This document shows, one piece after another, positions 20,596-32,146 of a DNA stretch of 44,277 bases (position 1 is its first letter; each line of letters begins with the position of its first letter). The position numbers and the translations under genes are program-made. A model generated the notes under the pieces. It ran no database searches. It saw only the letters and a program-made list of their open reading frames with translations, and had not been told where the DNA came from. Source of the stretch: Schizochytrium sp. TIO01 (lineage: Eukaryota > Protista > Bigyra: Labyrinthulomycetes); the NCBI GenBank assembly GCA_004764695.1, contig SMSO01000016.1, positions 1 through 44,277 on the forward strand, in the 5' to 3' direction.

Positions 20596-20604
20596 CAACA
20601 TTTC

Positions 20605-22200
<1,596 letters not shown>

Positions 22201-22227
22201 ATTAAAAGCTTTTAGCTTTAAAAAATT

Positions 22228-23703
22228 ATGTCATTTCTTTATATTTCTTACCTTATTGGTATTCCCGCTTTTATCGGTAGTTTTCTTTTGATTTTTCCAC
22301 TATCAAATAAAGTATCAAAGCAACTTGCTTTGGGAGCATCACTTATTAGTTTTTATATTTCTATTCTAATGTGGGTGTTTTTTGATAATAACAACGGTGC
22401 GTTTCAATTCGTAGAAACTTATAATTGGTTTAGTTCATCCAATCTAGCTATTACCTTTGGAGTCGATGGAATTTCTTTGTTCTTTATTCTATTGACAGCT
22501 TTTCTAATTCCTATTTGTCTTCTATCTTCTTGGTCGTCTGTAAAAACAAAAAATCATCTTTTTACTGATCGTCATTATTTTGCTCTTTTTCTTTTGATAG
22601 AAAGTATGATTTTTATCGTATTTACTTCACTAGATTTGATCGTTTTTTATACTTTTTTTGAAGCCGTTTTGATGCCTATGTTTTTTATTATCGGTGTTTG
22701 GGGTTCCCGTGAACGTAAAATTCGTGCATCTTATCTATTTTTTATGTACACTCTTTTTGGTTCTCTATTTATATTGCTTGCTATCGTATTCATCTATATA
22801 GAATGCGGTAGTACTCATTATTTGATGCTTTTGGAAACTAGTTTTAGTCCTGAACGTCAAAAAATTTTGTGGCTAGCTTTCTTTTTCTCATTCGCTGTTA
22901 AAGTGCCTATGTTGCCTGTACATTTGTGGTTGCCTGAAGCGCACGTAGAAGCACCTACTGCGGGTTCTGTTCTACTAGCTGGAGTGCTTTTGAAATTGGG
23001 TACTTACGGTATAATCCGTTATTCTTTGCCATTGTTTCCATTGGCTAGTTTTTATTTTCGTCCTTTTGTATTTACTTTGGCATCTTTGGCAGTTGTTTAT
23101 TCTTCAATAACCGCTATTCGTCAAAGTGATATAAAACGTGTGATTGCTTACGCTTCAGTTGCTCACATAAATATAACTGTAATTGGCTTGTTTAGTTTTA
23201 ATTTGGTAGGTGTTGAAGGTGCTATTTTTCAAATGCTATCACACGGTGTTGTTTCAGGAGCTTTGTTTTTGTGTGTAGGTGTATTGTATGATCGTCATCA
23301 TAGCCGATTGATTAAATATTATGGCGGACTTGTGCATACTATGCCTCTTTTTGTAATTCTATTTCTTGTATTTACTATAGCAAATATTGCATTGCCAGGT
23401 ACTTCCAGTTTTGTTGGAGAGTTCCTTATCTTGTTTGGTACTTTTTATGCTAATTCATTCGTAGCTTTTGTAGCCGCGACTAGTATGATTTTGGGAAGTG
23501 CGTATTCTCTATGGCTTTTTAATCGTCTGTGTTACGGTAACCTCAAATTGCAATACATTCAAGTTTCTTTTGATATTACAAAACAAGAATTTTGGGTGTT
23601 TATGCCATTGTTGTTTCTTACTATCTTTGGGGGTATCTTTCCCGGTATTTTTTTGGATCCTCTACATACTAGCTGTAGCGTTTTGCTTTCAGTTTTTTAT
23701 TTA
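22228..23703 (+). CDS. nad4: NADH dehydrogenase subunit 4
   Basis: HLWLPEAHVEAPTAGS, LLKLGTYG; ends TTA TAA. Confidence 0.98.
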
Positions 23704-23709
23704 TAAAAT

Positions 23710-24336
23710 ATGATTTCTCTATATATTAACAATTCTAAAGTACTTGTACAGAAAAATTCAACCGTATTTCAAGCTTGTGCAAAAGTCGGTGTTGTAATTC
23801 CTCGTTTTTGTTTTCATGAACGTTTGCTTATCGCAGGTAATTGCCGTATATGTTTGGTGGAAATCGAAAAATTTCCTAAACCTGTAGCTTCGTGTGCAAT
23901 GCCCGTAAGTGAAAATATAAAAATTTTTACTGATACTCCATTGGTAAAAAAAGCACGTGAAGCTGTAATAGAGTTTTTGTTGATTAATCATCCTCTGGAT
24001 TGTCCTATTTGTGATCAAGGGGGTGAATGTGATTTGCAAAATCAATCTTTTCATTATGGAACTAATTCTTCTCGTTTTTTTTCAAAAAAACGTAGTGTGG
24101 TTGATAAGAATGTAGGTCCTTTTATTTCTATAATTATAACCAGGTGTATCCATTGTACTCGTTGTGTTCGTTTTCTAAATGAAGTTGCTGGTTATTCTTT
24201 TTTTGGTATAACCGGTCGTGGATATGCCTCTGAAATTGGTACTTTTGTCCAAAAATCTCTTAAATCAAAACTTTCCGGTAATATTATTGATCTATGTCCT
24301 GTTGGTTTTATTTCTATTAAAAAATACAATGTTTTA
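23710..24336 (+). CDS. nad11: NADH dehydrogenase subunit 11, N-terminal Fe-S domain only (208 aa)
   Basis: IPRFC, AGNCR(M)[38 protein letters not shown]; TTA 24334-24336. Confidence 0.95.
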
Positions 24337-25297
24337 TATTGAAAGTGTACTTAAAGTTTTGGGTATCGTAGTTCCTTTGCTAGTAGGTATTGCATTGTTT
24401 ACTGTGGCTGAGCGAAAAGTTTTGAGTAGTATTCAACGTAGGCGAGGTCCAAATATTATTGGAGCTTTCGGATTGTTGCAAGCCTTTGCAGATGGTCTTA
24501 AACTATTGTTGAAAGAAACTGTTTTGCCAAGTAGTTCAAACAAAGCTTTGTTTGTAATTGCTCCAATAATTACTTTTTTCTTGAGTCTTATAGGTTGGGC
24601 AGTTATTCCCGTAAATGAAACTTATGTGTTTGCTGATCTAAATGTAGGTGTTTTGTATATCTTTGCAATTTCGTCTCTAGGAGTTTACGGTATTATTATT
24701 TCTGGTTGGGCAAGTAACTCAAAATACGCTTTTTTGGGTGCCCTTCGTTCTGCTGCCCAAATAGTTTCCTATGAAATTTCAATAGGTTTTATTATAATAA
24801 ACGTTATTCTTTGTGCAAATTCTCTAAACCTTACTCAAATTGTTTTGGCTCAAGAAGCTATTTGGTATTGTGTGCCTTTGCTACCTATATTTATTTTGTT
24901 TTTTGTTTCATGTTTGGCTGAAACAAATCGTCACCCTTTTGATTTGCCTGAAGCTGAAGCTGAACTTGTTTCCGGGTATAATGTTGAATATTCTGCTATG
25001 GGTTTTGCATTGTTCTTTTTGGGTGAATATGGTAATATAATTTTGATAAGTTCTCTAAATGTTATTCTATTTATAGGAGGATGGCTATTTCCATTGCAAA
25101 TTTTTGAAGGTTGTTTTTGTTTTGCTATTAAAACATTCTTTTTTATTAGTTTGTTTATTTGGGTCCGTGCCGCATATCCTCGTTATCGTTATGATCAACT
25201 AATACGCCTTGGATGGAAAGTATTTCTTCCTTTGTCTATAAGTTGGACTATTTTGACTGCAAGTATTCTATTGAGTTTTAATTGGTATATTTCTTTA
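24329..25297 (+). CDS. nad1: NADH dehydrogenase subunit 1
   Basis: [33 protein letters not shown]; TTA 25295-25297, 1 nt before nad4L ATG. Confidence 0.98.
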
Positions 25298-25298
25298 C

Positions 25299-25607
25299 AT
25301 GTTTTTGGATATCTTTTATTTTATTTTTGTTAGTTTTTGTTTGTTTTTTATTGGAGTATGTGGTATTGTTCTAAACAGGAAAAGTATTTTGATTATCTTG
25401 ATATCAATTGAAATTATGTTGCTAGCTGTAAATCTTCAATTTTTGTTTTTTTCTGTTTATTTGGATGATCTTTATGGCCAAGTATTTTCACTATTTGTTC
25501 TTACTGTTGCAGCGGCAGAATCCGCGATTGGTTTGGCTATTTTGGTTTGTTATTTTAAAGTTCATACTAGTGTAGAAATAAAAACAGTTAATTTGCTTCA
25601 AGGATGA
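25299..25607 (+). CDS. nad4L: NADH dehydrogenase subunit 4L
   Basis: [21 protein letters not shown]; TGA stop. Confidence 0.97.
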   Translation: MFLDIFYFIFVSFCLFFIGVCGIVLNRKSILIILISIEIMLLAVNLQFLFFSVYLDDLYGQVFSLFVLTVAAAESAIGLAILVCYFKVHTSVEIKTVNLLQG

Positions 25608-25612
25608 AGCAT

Positions 25613-25685
25613 GGGCGTGTAGCTTAGTGGTTAAAGCTTTCGGTTGATAATCGAAAGACCAAAGGTTCAAATCCTTTTACGCCTA
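25613..25685 (+). tRNA. trnI: tRNA-Ile(GAT)
   Basis: gggcgtg/tacgcct, tt-gat-aa. Confidence 0.95.
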
Positions 25686-25695
25686 TCCCTTTATA

Positions 25696-25769
25696 AGGCA
25701 GTTAGCTCAATAGGTTAGAGCATTTCGTTTACACCGAAGAGGTTGGCGGTTCAAGTCCGCTGCTGCCTA
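25696..25769 (+). tRNA. trnV: tRNA-Val(TAC)
   Basis: aggcagt/gctgcct, tt-tac-ac. Confidence 0.95.
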
Positions 25770-25780
25770 AATTTTATTAT

Positions 25781-26350
25781 ATGTTTACTTTCTATAAATG
25801 GATTAGCTCAGTTCTTGCAAACGTGCTAAATGGTAGTTTCTTTATAAATGATCATATCACTTTGGTCGTTAAAAAAGAATCTCTAATTGATGTAATACGT
25901 TTTCTAAAAAGTAATTCACATTGCCAGTTTATTGTTTTGAGTGATATCGCAGGGGTAGATTACCCTTTTCGAGCAAATCGCTTTGAAGTAGTTTATCAAC
26001 TGCTATCTATTAGGTATAACTGTCGAATTACTGTTAAAGTAAATCTTGCTTCAGAAGAAGCAGTACCTTCTATTACATCTATTCATGAATCCGCGAATTG
26101 GTATGAGCGAGAAGCATTTGATCTTTTTGGAATCTTTTTCTCAAATCACCCTGATCTTCGTCGTATTCTAACTGACTACGGTTTTGAAGGGCATCCTATG
26201 CGTAAAGATTTTCCTCTAACTGGATTTCATGAATTGCGTTACGATATTGAAAAAAAACGAGTTGTTTGTGAACCACTTGAACTTTCTCAAGAATTCCGTA
26301 ATTATACTTTTAATTCTTCTTCTCAGCTTACTAAGCCTGTTATTTCTTTA
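25781..26350 (+). CDS. nad9: NADH dehydrogenase subunit 9
   Basis: [32 protein letters not shown]; TTA 26348-26350 removes the overlap with cob. Confidence 0.97.
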
Positions 26351-26357
26351 TTTTTAA

Positions 26358-27506
26358 ATGAAACGTTGGACTAAACAGCCTATTCTGGCTATTATCAATA
26401 ATCATATCGTTGACTACCCTACTCCTATCAATATTAGTTATATGTGGGGATTCGGATCTTTGTCAGGGCTTATGTTGGTTGTTCAAATTCTTACTGGTGT
26501 TTTTCTTGCTATGCATTATACTCCTCATGTAGATCTCGCTTTTAGTAGTGTAGAACATATTATGCGTGATGTAAATAATGGTTGGCTTCTTCGTTACCTT
26601 CATGCAAATGGAGCAAGTTTCTTTTTTATTGTTGTTTACATTCACATGTTTCGTGGTCTATACTATGGATCATATGCGCATCCTCGTGAATTGCTATGGT
26701 GTTCTGGAGTAGTTATTTTTATTTTGATGATGGCTACTGCTTTTATTGGATATGTTCTTCCTTGGGGTCAAATGTCTTTTTGGGGAGCTACCGTTATTAC
26801 TAATCTTATTTCTGCTATTCCTGCTGTAGGTGAATCTGTGGTTAATTGGGTTTGGGGAGGTTTTTCAGTAGATAATCCTACTCTAAATCGTTTCTTTAGT
26901 TTGCACTATATTTTGCCTTTTGTTATTGCAGCTTTGGCATTGGTTCACTTGGTACTTTTGCACCAAGATGGATCAAACAACCCTTTGGGAGTAGATTCAA
27001 AATCTGATACCATTAGTTTTTATCCTTATTTTTATGTTAAAGATCTATTTGGGTTGATTCTTTTGTTTATTGTTTACTCTTATTTTGTGTTTTTTGCTCC
27101 AAATGTTTTGGGTCACAGTGATAACTATATTATGGCAAATCCTATGGTTACTCCTGCACACATTGTTCCTGAATGGTACTTTTTGCCATTCTATGCTATT
27201 TTGCGTTCTATTCCTCACAAATTGGGTGGTGTTATTGCTATGTTTGGTGCTATCGTTTGTTTGATGGCTTTGCCATTCATTAACACTTCAGAAGTTCGTT
27301 CATCTGTATTTCGTCCTATTTTCCGAAAATTTTTTTGGTTGTTTGTTGTTGATTGTATGATTTTGGGTTGGATTGGTCAAAATGTAGTTGAATATCCTTA
27401 TGTAGAAATTGGGCAAGTTTGTACTGTTTTCTACTTCTTCTTTTTGCTAGTTCTAATTCCTCTTTTGGGTCGTTTTGAAAGTATGCTAATGCGAGCATCA
27501 CTTTAA
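26358..27506 (+). CDS. cob: Apocytochrome b
   Basis: [27 protein letters not shown]. Confidence 0.99.
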   Translation: MKRWTKQPILAIINNHIVDYPTPINISYMWGFGSLSGLMLVVQILTGVFLAMHYTPHVDLAFSSVEHIMRDVNNGWLLRYLHANGASFFFIVVYIHMFRGLYYGSYAHPRELLWCSGVVIFILMMATAFIGYVLPWGQMSFWGATVITNLISAIPAVGESVVNWVWGGFSVDNPTLNRFFSLHYILPFVIAALALVHLVLLHQDGSNNPLGVDSKSDTISFYPYFYVKDLFGLILLFIVYSYFVFFAPNVLGHSDNYIMANPMVTPAHIVPEWYFLPFYAILRSIPHKLGGVIAMFGAIVCLMALPFINTSEVRSSVFRPIFRKFFWLFVVDCMILGWIGQNVVEYPYVEIGQVCTVFYFFFLLVLIPLLGRFESMLMRASL

Positions 27507-27514
27507 AACGTTTT

Positions 27515-27588
27515 GGCGGTATAGCTCAGTTGGTTAGAGCATGGGAATCATAATCCTGGGGTTGCAAGTTCAAATCTTGCTATCGCTA
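27515..27588 (+). tRNA. trnM: tRNA-Met(CAT), probable elongator
   Basis: ggcggta/tatcgct, at-cat-aa. Confidence 0.88.
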
Positions 27589-27594
27589 AATTTT

Positions 27595-27668
27595 CGGGGT
27601 GTAACGCAGTTGGTTAGCGTGTTAGTTTTGGGAACTAAAAGTCGTATGTTCAAGTCATACCTCCCCGA
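27595..27668 (+). tRNA. trnP: tRNA-Pro(TGG)
   Basis: cggggtg/ctccccg, tt-tgg-ga. Confidence 0.93.
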
Positions 27669-27680
27669 TCTTTATTTTAA

Positions 27681-28289
27681 ATGCTTTCCTTTCTTTTTTA
27701 TATTTTTAGCTCTATTTTGCTAATTTCTAGTTTGTTTGTTATTATAACAACTAACCCTGTTTATTCGGTATTTTATCTTATTCTTGGTTTTTGTAATGCA
27801 TCCGCAATCCTTTTGTTGTTTGAGCTAGAATTTCTTGGTTTTTTGCTTTTGATTGTTTACGTAGGTGCTATCGCAGTACTTTTTCTTTTTGTTGTTATAA
27901 TGTTGAATGTTGCAGTTTCTCGAGAACATTCTTCAAATTTTTTTGGTTATCTGTTTTTTGCTGTCATTTTTTGTAGTTTTTTTGTAATAACCCAAAATTT
28001 TTCATATAATACAAGTCTTTTTTTTCAACAATCATATTTTTCTTGGTTTTCTTCATACGATTCATCCCAAAACGTATTGCTTATAGCAAACGTTTTGTAT
28101 TCTTATTATTTTGTACCTTTTTTGCTAGCCGGGTTTGTTTTGCTAATTGCCATGGTAGGTGCTATCGTTTTGACACTAAATCCAACCCTATTTTATAATA
28201 GCCAATCTTTGATTTTTAAAAAACAAAAAGTTTATCAACAACTTTCGCGCCAATCAAATAAAGCTGTTTTTTTGTTTAAACGTAATTAA
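27681..28289 (+). CDS. nad6: NADH dehydrogenase subunit 6
   Basis: NPVYSV, IVYVGAIAVLFLFV, LLIAMVGAIVL. Confidence 0.97.
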   Translation: MLSFLFYIFSSILLISSLFVIITTNPVYSVFYLILGFCNASAILLLFELEFLGFLLLIVYVGAIAVLFLFVVIMLNVAVSREHSSNFFGYLFFAVIFCSFFVITQNFSYNTSLFFQQSYFSWFSSYDSSQNVLLIANVLYSYYFVPFLLAGFVLLIAMVGAIVLTLNPTLFYNSQSLIFKKQKVYQQLSRQSNKAVFLFKRN

Positions 28290-28684
28290 TGTTCTTTTCT
28301 AAACTAAATTCATTTATTATAAATAAAGGTACTCGTAAAGTGGCAAAAAAAAATCTTGCTAAAACATGCTTGCTTTTTTTGAAAAGTTCAGTTTCAAATT
28401 CTGAAAAACTTATTAGTTTTTCTAGTTTTATGAAAAAAAGTTTTGATAAAGCCTCTTTGCCGCTAGCTCAAAAAAGGCTTCTTCATAAACGTAATGCAGT
28501 TGTTATTATACCCCTTTCAAAATCAAAACAAATGTTGAAAAGTATATCTTCTTTTGTTCGTTCTGCCCAAAAAGCTTCTTTTTCTCAAGTATTTTTTAAA
28601 GAAATTATATCTAGTCAATCAAATCAAGGGAGTGTATTTATAAAAAAAATTACTTCTTTGAAATCTATTGAAAAAGCTCGTTAA
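28289..28684 (+). CDS. rps7: Ribosomal protein S7 (divergent)
   Basis: NSFI(M)NKG.RKVA N-terminus, basic composition, adjacent to rps12; TAATG overlap with nad6. Confidence 0.7.
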   Translation: MFFSKLNSFIINKGTRKVAKKNLAKTCLLFLKSSVSNSEKLISFSSFMKKSFDKASLPLAQKRLLHKRNAVVIIPLSKSKQMLKSISSFVRSAQKASFSQVFFKEIISSQSNQGSVFIKKITSLKSIEKAR

Positions 28685-28691
28685 TAAATAA

Positions 28692-29054
28692 ATGTCCACT
28701 CTTTTGCAATCTATAAAACGTAAAAAAAGTAGTTTCATTAAAAAAGAAACTGCTTTGAAAAAAGCACCCCAAGCAAGTGGTGTTTGTTTGAAAGTTTTTA
28801 CTATGTCTCCAAAAAAGCCTAACTCTGCTGTACGTAAAGTAGCCAAAGTGCTTTTGAGTAATAAAAACATTATTTCTGCGTATATTCCAGGCGAAGGACA
28901 TAACCTTCAAGAACATTCTAGCGTATTGGTTCGTGGAGGTCGTGTTAAGGATCTACCTGGAGTTCGTTATAAAATTGTACGTGGGGCTAAAGATACTGCC
29001 GGTGTTATAAAACGAAAAACATCGCGTTCTAAATATGGAGCCCCTAAACAATTA
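28692..29054 (+). CDS. rps12: Ribosomal protein S12
   Basis: [26 protein letters not shown]; TTA 29052-29054, 1 nt before trnD. Confidence 0.98.
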
Positions 29055-29055
29055 T

Positions 29056-29129
29056 GGAGGAATAGCTCAGTTGGTTAGAGCGTAAGCTTGTCGAGCTTAA
29101 TGTCGCGAGTTCAAATCTCGTTTCTTCCG
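29056..29129 (+). tRNA. trnD: tRNA-Asp(GTC)
   Basis: ggaggaa/ttcttcc, tt-gtc-ga. Confidence 0.95.
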
Positions 29130-29143
29130 TTTCTTTTTATTAA

Positions 29144-29506
29144 ATGACTTTTTTGCTTTTTGAATATTCTTTTATTCTTATTTTTTGCATAGTTGCTGCA
29201 ATCCTTTCTTTTGTTATTTTTATAGCTTCTTTTTTGTTGGCTACTCAAAATAATTACGCTGAAAAAGTTTCTCCATATGAATGTGGATTTGATCCTTTTG
29301 AAGATGCGCGTAATCAATTTGATGTCCGTTTTTATTTGGTTGCTATCCTTTTTCTTATTTTTGATTTGGAAGCTAGTTTTTTGTTTCCTTGGTCTATTAT
29401 AGTGGGTAAACTGGGATCTTTTAGTTTTTGGATTATAATCGATTTCTTTGTTGAATTGGTTATCGGTTTTCTTTATGCCTGGAAAGTAGGTGCTCTTGAA
29501 TGGTAA
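29144..29506 (+). CDS. nad3: NADH dehydrogenase subunit 3
   Basis: [24 protein letters not shown]. Confidence 0.98.
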   Translation: MTFLLFEYSFILIFCIVAAILSFVIFIASFLLATQNNYAEKVSPYECGFDPFEDARNQFDVRFYLVAILFLIFDLEASFLFPWSIIVGKLGSFSFWIIIDFFVELVIGFLYAWKVGALEW

Positions 29507-29522
29507 TTCCTTAATCAGGATT

Positions 29523-29595
29523 TGCGGGGTAGAGTAATGGTTATCTCATTAGGCTCATAACCTAAAGATTGGAGGTTCAAATCCTCCCCCCGCCT
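29523..29595 (+). tRNA. trnM: Initiator tRNA-Met(CAT)
   Basis: tgcgggg/ccccgcc with a 1:72 mismatch, ct-cat-aa. Confidence 0.9.
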
Positions 29596-29616
29596 TTATT
29601 AAAAATTTTAAAATAA

Positions 29617-29844
<228 letters not shown>

Positions 29845-29872
29845 GTTATCGCTTTCTTATTTGAAAGCTTTT

Positions 29873-29954
29873 GCTGCTTTGGTGGAATTGGTAGACACGG
29901 TGGATTTAGGTTCCATTTAATTTATTAGTGCAAGTTCAAGTCTTGCAAGCAGTA
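29873..29954 (+). tRNA. trnL: tRNA-Leu(TAG)
   Basis: gctgctt/aagcagt, tt-tag-gt, variable arm. Confidence 0.95.
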
Positions 29955-29956
29955 TT

Positions 29957-30028
29957 GGGAATGTAGATCAATGGTAGATCATTTGCTTTGCAAGCAAAAT
30001 GTTGTTGGTTCAAATCCAATCATTTCCA
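29957..30028 (+). tRNA. trnA: tRNA-Ala(TGC)
   Basis: gggaatg/catttcc with G3:U70, tt-tgc-aa. Confidence 0.95.
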
Positions 30029-30041
30029 AAATAATCTTTAT

Positions 30042-30314
30042 ATGAAAAGTTCTCTAAGTAAAAATCGTAAGTATAAACTAGATTCTATTTTTAACCCTAC
30101 CGTTTTTAATTCTTTTGATACAATGGCTAGTTTTTATACTCCTTTCTCTAAAAAAGTAGTCGTAGAAAAAAATATAAAAACAAAATTGAATAATCGCTGC
30201 TTTCTAACAGGGCGTTCCCGTTTTGTTTTTAGGTTTTTTAAAATTTCTAGGATAAGTATTCGACGAGTATTGCTTCAATATCGTGTTTCTGGTTTGTCGT
30301 CTTATTCTTGGTAA
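30042..30314 (+). CDS. rps14: Ribosomal protein S14
   Basis: NRCFLTGRSR, ISR, C-terminal SW. Confidence 0.9.
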   Translation: MKSSLSKNRKYKLDSIFNPTVFNSFDTMASFYTPFSKKVVVEKNIKTKLNNRCFLTGRSRFVFRFFKISRISIRRVLLQYRVSGLSSYSW

Positions 30315-30322
30315 TTATTTTT

Positions 30323-30397
30323 GCCCCTATGGTGGAATTGGTAGACGCGGTAGATTCAAAATCTATTTTTTTGCTGGTTCAAATCCAGCTAGGGGTA
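30323..30397 (+). tRNA. trnL: tRNA-Leu(CAA), lacking a long variable arm
   Basis: gccccta/taggggt, Leu-type D-arm ggtggaattggtagac, tt-caa-aa, variable region only tttttt. Confidence 0.9.
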
Positions 30398-30412
30398 ATC
30401 CATTTTTATTTT

Positions 30413-30817
30413 ATGCTATATCCTCAAATAACTCTAAATGTTCTTGATAATAGTGGAGTTCGTGAAGTTCGTTGTGTTCATATTAAAAATAAACGTTATG
30501 CTAATAATGGGGTAGTGGGATCCGTATTTGTGGGAGTTGTTCAAGCAATGAAAAATCAAACAAATAAACAACAAAAATTTAAAAAGGGTCAACTAGTGGC
30601 GGGCCTTTTTACTGGGTCAAAGAAAGAAACTTCTTTGAATATGTATTCAACCGGTTTTTATGCTAAATACTCTCAAAATTATTGTGTTCTATTGGATATT
30701 AAATCTTTTAGGAAAAATCAAAAAAATTTGGGATCTCGTTCCCAAGGTGCTGTTTCCTTTATTATTAAACAAAAAGGTTTTTATAAAGCGTATAGTCTAT
30801 TTGATAATTATTTTTAA
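30413..30817 (+). CDS. rpl14: Ribosomal protein L14
   Basis: TLNVLDNSGVREVRC, LGSR..G. Confidence 0.9.
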   Translation: MLYPQITLNVLDNSGVREVRCVHIKNKRYANNGVVGSVFVGVVQAMKNQTNKQQKFKKGQLVAGLFTGSKKETSLNMYSTGFYAKYSQNYCVLLDIKSFRKNQKNLGSRSQGAVSFIIKQKGFYKAYSLFDNYF

Positions 30818-31353
30818 TGTTTCGTTTTAATCAATTTTATTCACGTGTAGTAAAAAAAGATCTAATATCTTCTATAAAATCAAAGCATTTTTCGTTGCAA
30901 TCGCAAGTAAGTTTGAAATCTTTTGATTTTAATAAGGATCTTTTTGGTTCTTGTTGGCTTTTGATAGAATTTATATCATTGCGAAAACCTACACTACTTT
31001 ATTCTAAAAAAGATGTTGCTCGTTTGAAATTGCGTCGAGGTCAATTTGTTTCATTTTCTTCTTCTTTTTCGTTTGAGCAAACTATATCTTTTTTGAATTA
31101 TTTGTTCACCTTTTATTGTATGTACTCAAATAATGCCTTGGCATTTCTATTTAAACGTGAACATTCTTCTTCTAGGTATGTTGCTGATATTAAGACTATA
31201 AATATTTATAGTATTGAAAATGAGAGTGATCGTTTTAAATCATTGATTAACGAAGCTTTTTCAGTTCAACTATTCCATTCGTCTATTTCTACAAAAGAAT
31301 TTTCTTTTTTTATAAATAGCCTTCAAATTAATTCTACTTATGATTCAATTTAA
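30817..31353 (+). CDS. rpl5: Ribosomal protein L5 (divergent)
   Basis: ISLRKP...SKKDVARLKLRRG resembles the L5 GQKP..AKKS.A.FKLR.G motif; follows rpl14 with a TAATG overlap. Confidence 0.75.
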   Translation: MFRFNQFYSRVVKKDLISSIKSKHFSLQSQVSLKSFDFNKDLFGSCWLLIEFISLRKPTLLYSKKDVARLKLRRGQFVSFSSSFSFEQTISFLNYLFTFYCMYSNNALAFLFKREHSSSRYVADIKTINIYSIENESDRFKSLINEAFSVQLFHSSISTKEFSFFINSLQINSTYDSI

Positions 31354-31696
31354 AAAAGATCTTATAAAAAGTAAAATCTTCTTTGCATCTGTTTTGTCTA
31401 CTATTTACGGCATTGGTCCTCATTTGAGCAAACGTATTTGTGTTTCATGTGGTATTTTGTCGCAAACTCCTGCTTATATAGTTACCTCTACTCAACAAAA
31501 TCAAGTACTTAATTGGATTGAAAAAAATCTTCTTGATGATTATAAAATAGAGGCAAATTTGCGTAAATATATTAAAGATAATAAACTTTTGCATATGAAA
31601 ATAAAAAGTTATAAAGGATTTCGATATTCTTCTAATTTGCCTGTTCGAGGGCAACGTACTAAAACAAATGCTAAAACAGTAAAAAAAATTCGTTAA
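31340..31696 (+). CDS. rps13: Ribosomal protein S13
   Basis: IYGIG, LPVRGQRTKTNA. Confidence 0.96.
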   Translation: MIQFKKDLIKSKIFFASVLSTIYGIGPHLSKRICVSCGILSQTPAYIVTSTQQNQVLNWIEKNLLDDYKIEANLRKYIKDNKLLHMKIKSYKGFRYSSNLPVRGQRTKTNAKTVKKIR

Positions 31697-31698
31697 AT

Positions 31699-32037
31699 AT
31701 GTTTTCTATCTATATTAATAGTTCTTTTAATAATACCCATCTATCCATTTATTATAATAAACGAATAGTTTTTAAAGCTTCATCTGGTATGTCTTCTATT
31801 CGGGGGAGTTTTAAAAAAAATTCAAATATGTCTCTTATTATGTTGGGTGTGCACGCTGCAAATTTTTTGGAAAGTTTTTTCAACGGTAAACCCCGTATCA
31901 TTTTTTATTTTTCTGGATTGGGGAAAGGTAAATTTTATATTTTGAAAGCTTTTCAAAAATTTCAAATTGAACATTGTTATTTTAGTGCGTCTGTTCCTTT
32001 TAACGGGTGTCGTCAAAAGAAAAAAAGGCGTCTTTTA
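31699..32037 (+). CDS. rps11: Ribosomal protein S11
   Basis: SFNNT, SSG, PFNGCRQKKKRR; ends TTA TAA. Confidence 0.92.
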
Positions 32038-32046
32038 TAACATATT

Positions 32047-32132
32047 GGGCAAATGTCTGAGTGGTTTAAGGTTCCAGTCTTGAAAACTGGTAAGAATCGT
32101 ATTCTTCGCAGGTTCGAATCCTGCTTTGCCCG
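32047..32132 (+). tRNA. trnS: tRNA-Ser(TGA)
   Basis: gggcaaa/tttgccc, ct-tga-aa, long variable arm. Confidence 0.95.
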
Positions 32133-32146
32133 TATCTTTTTTATTC

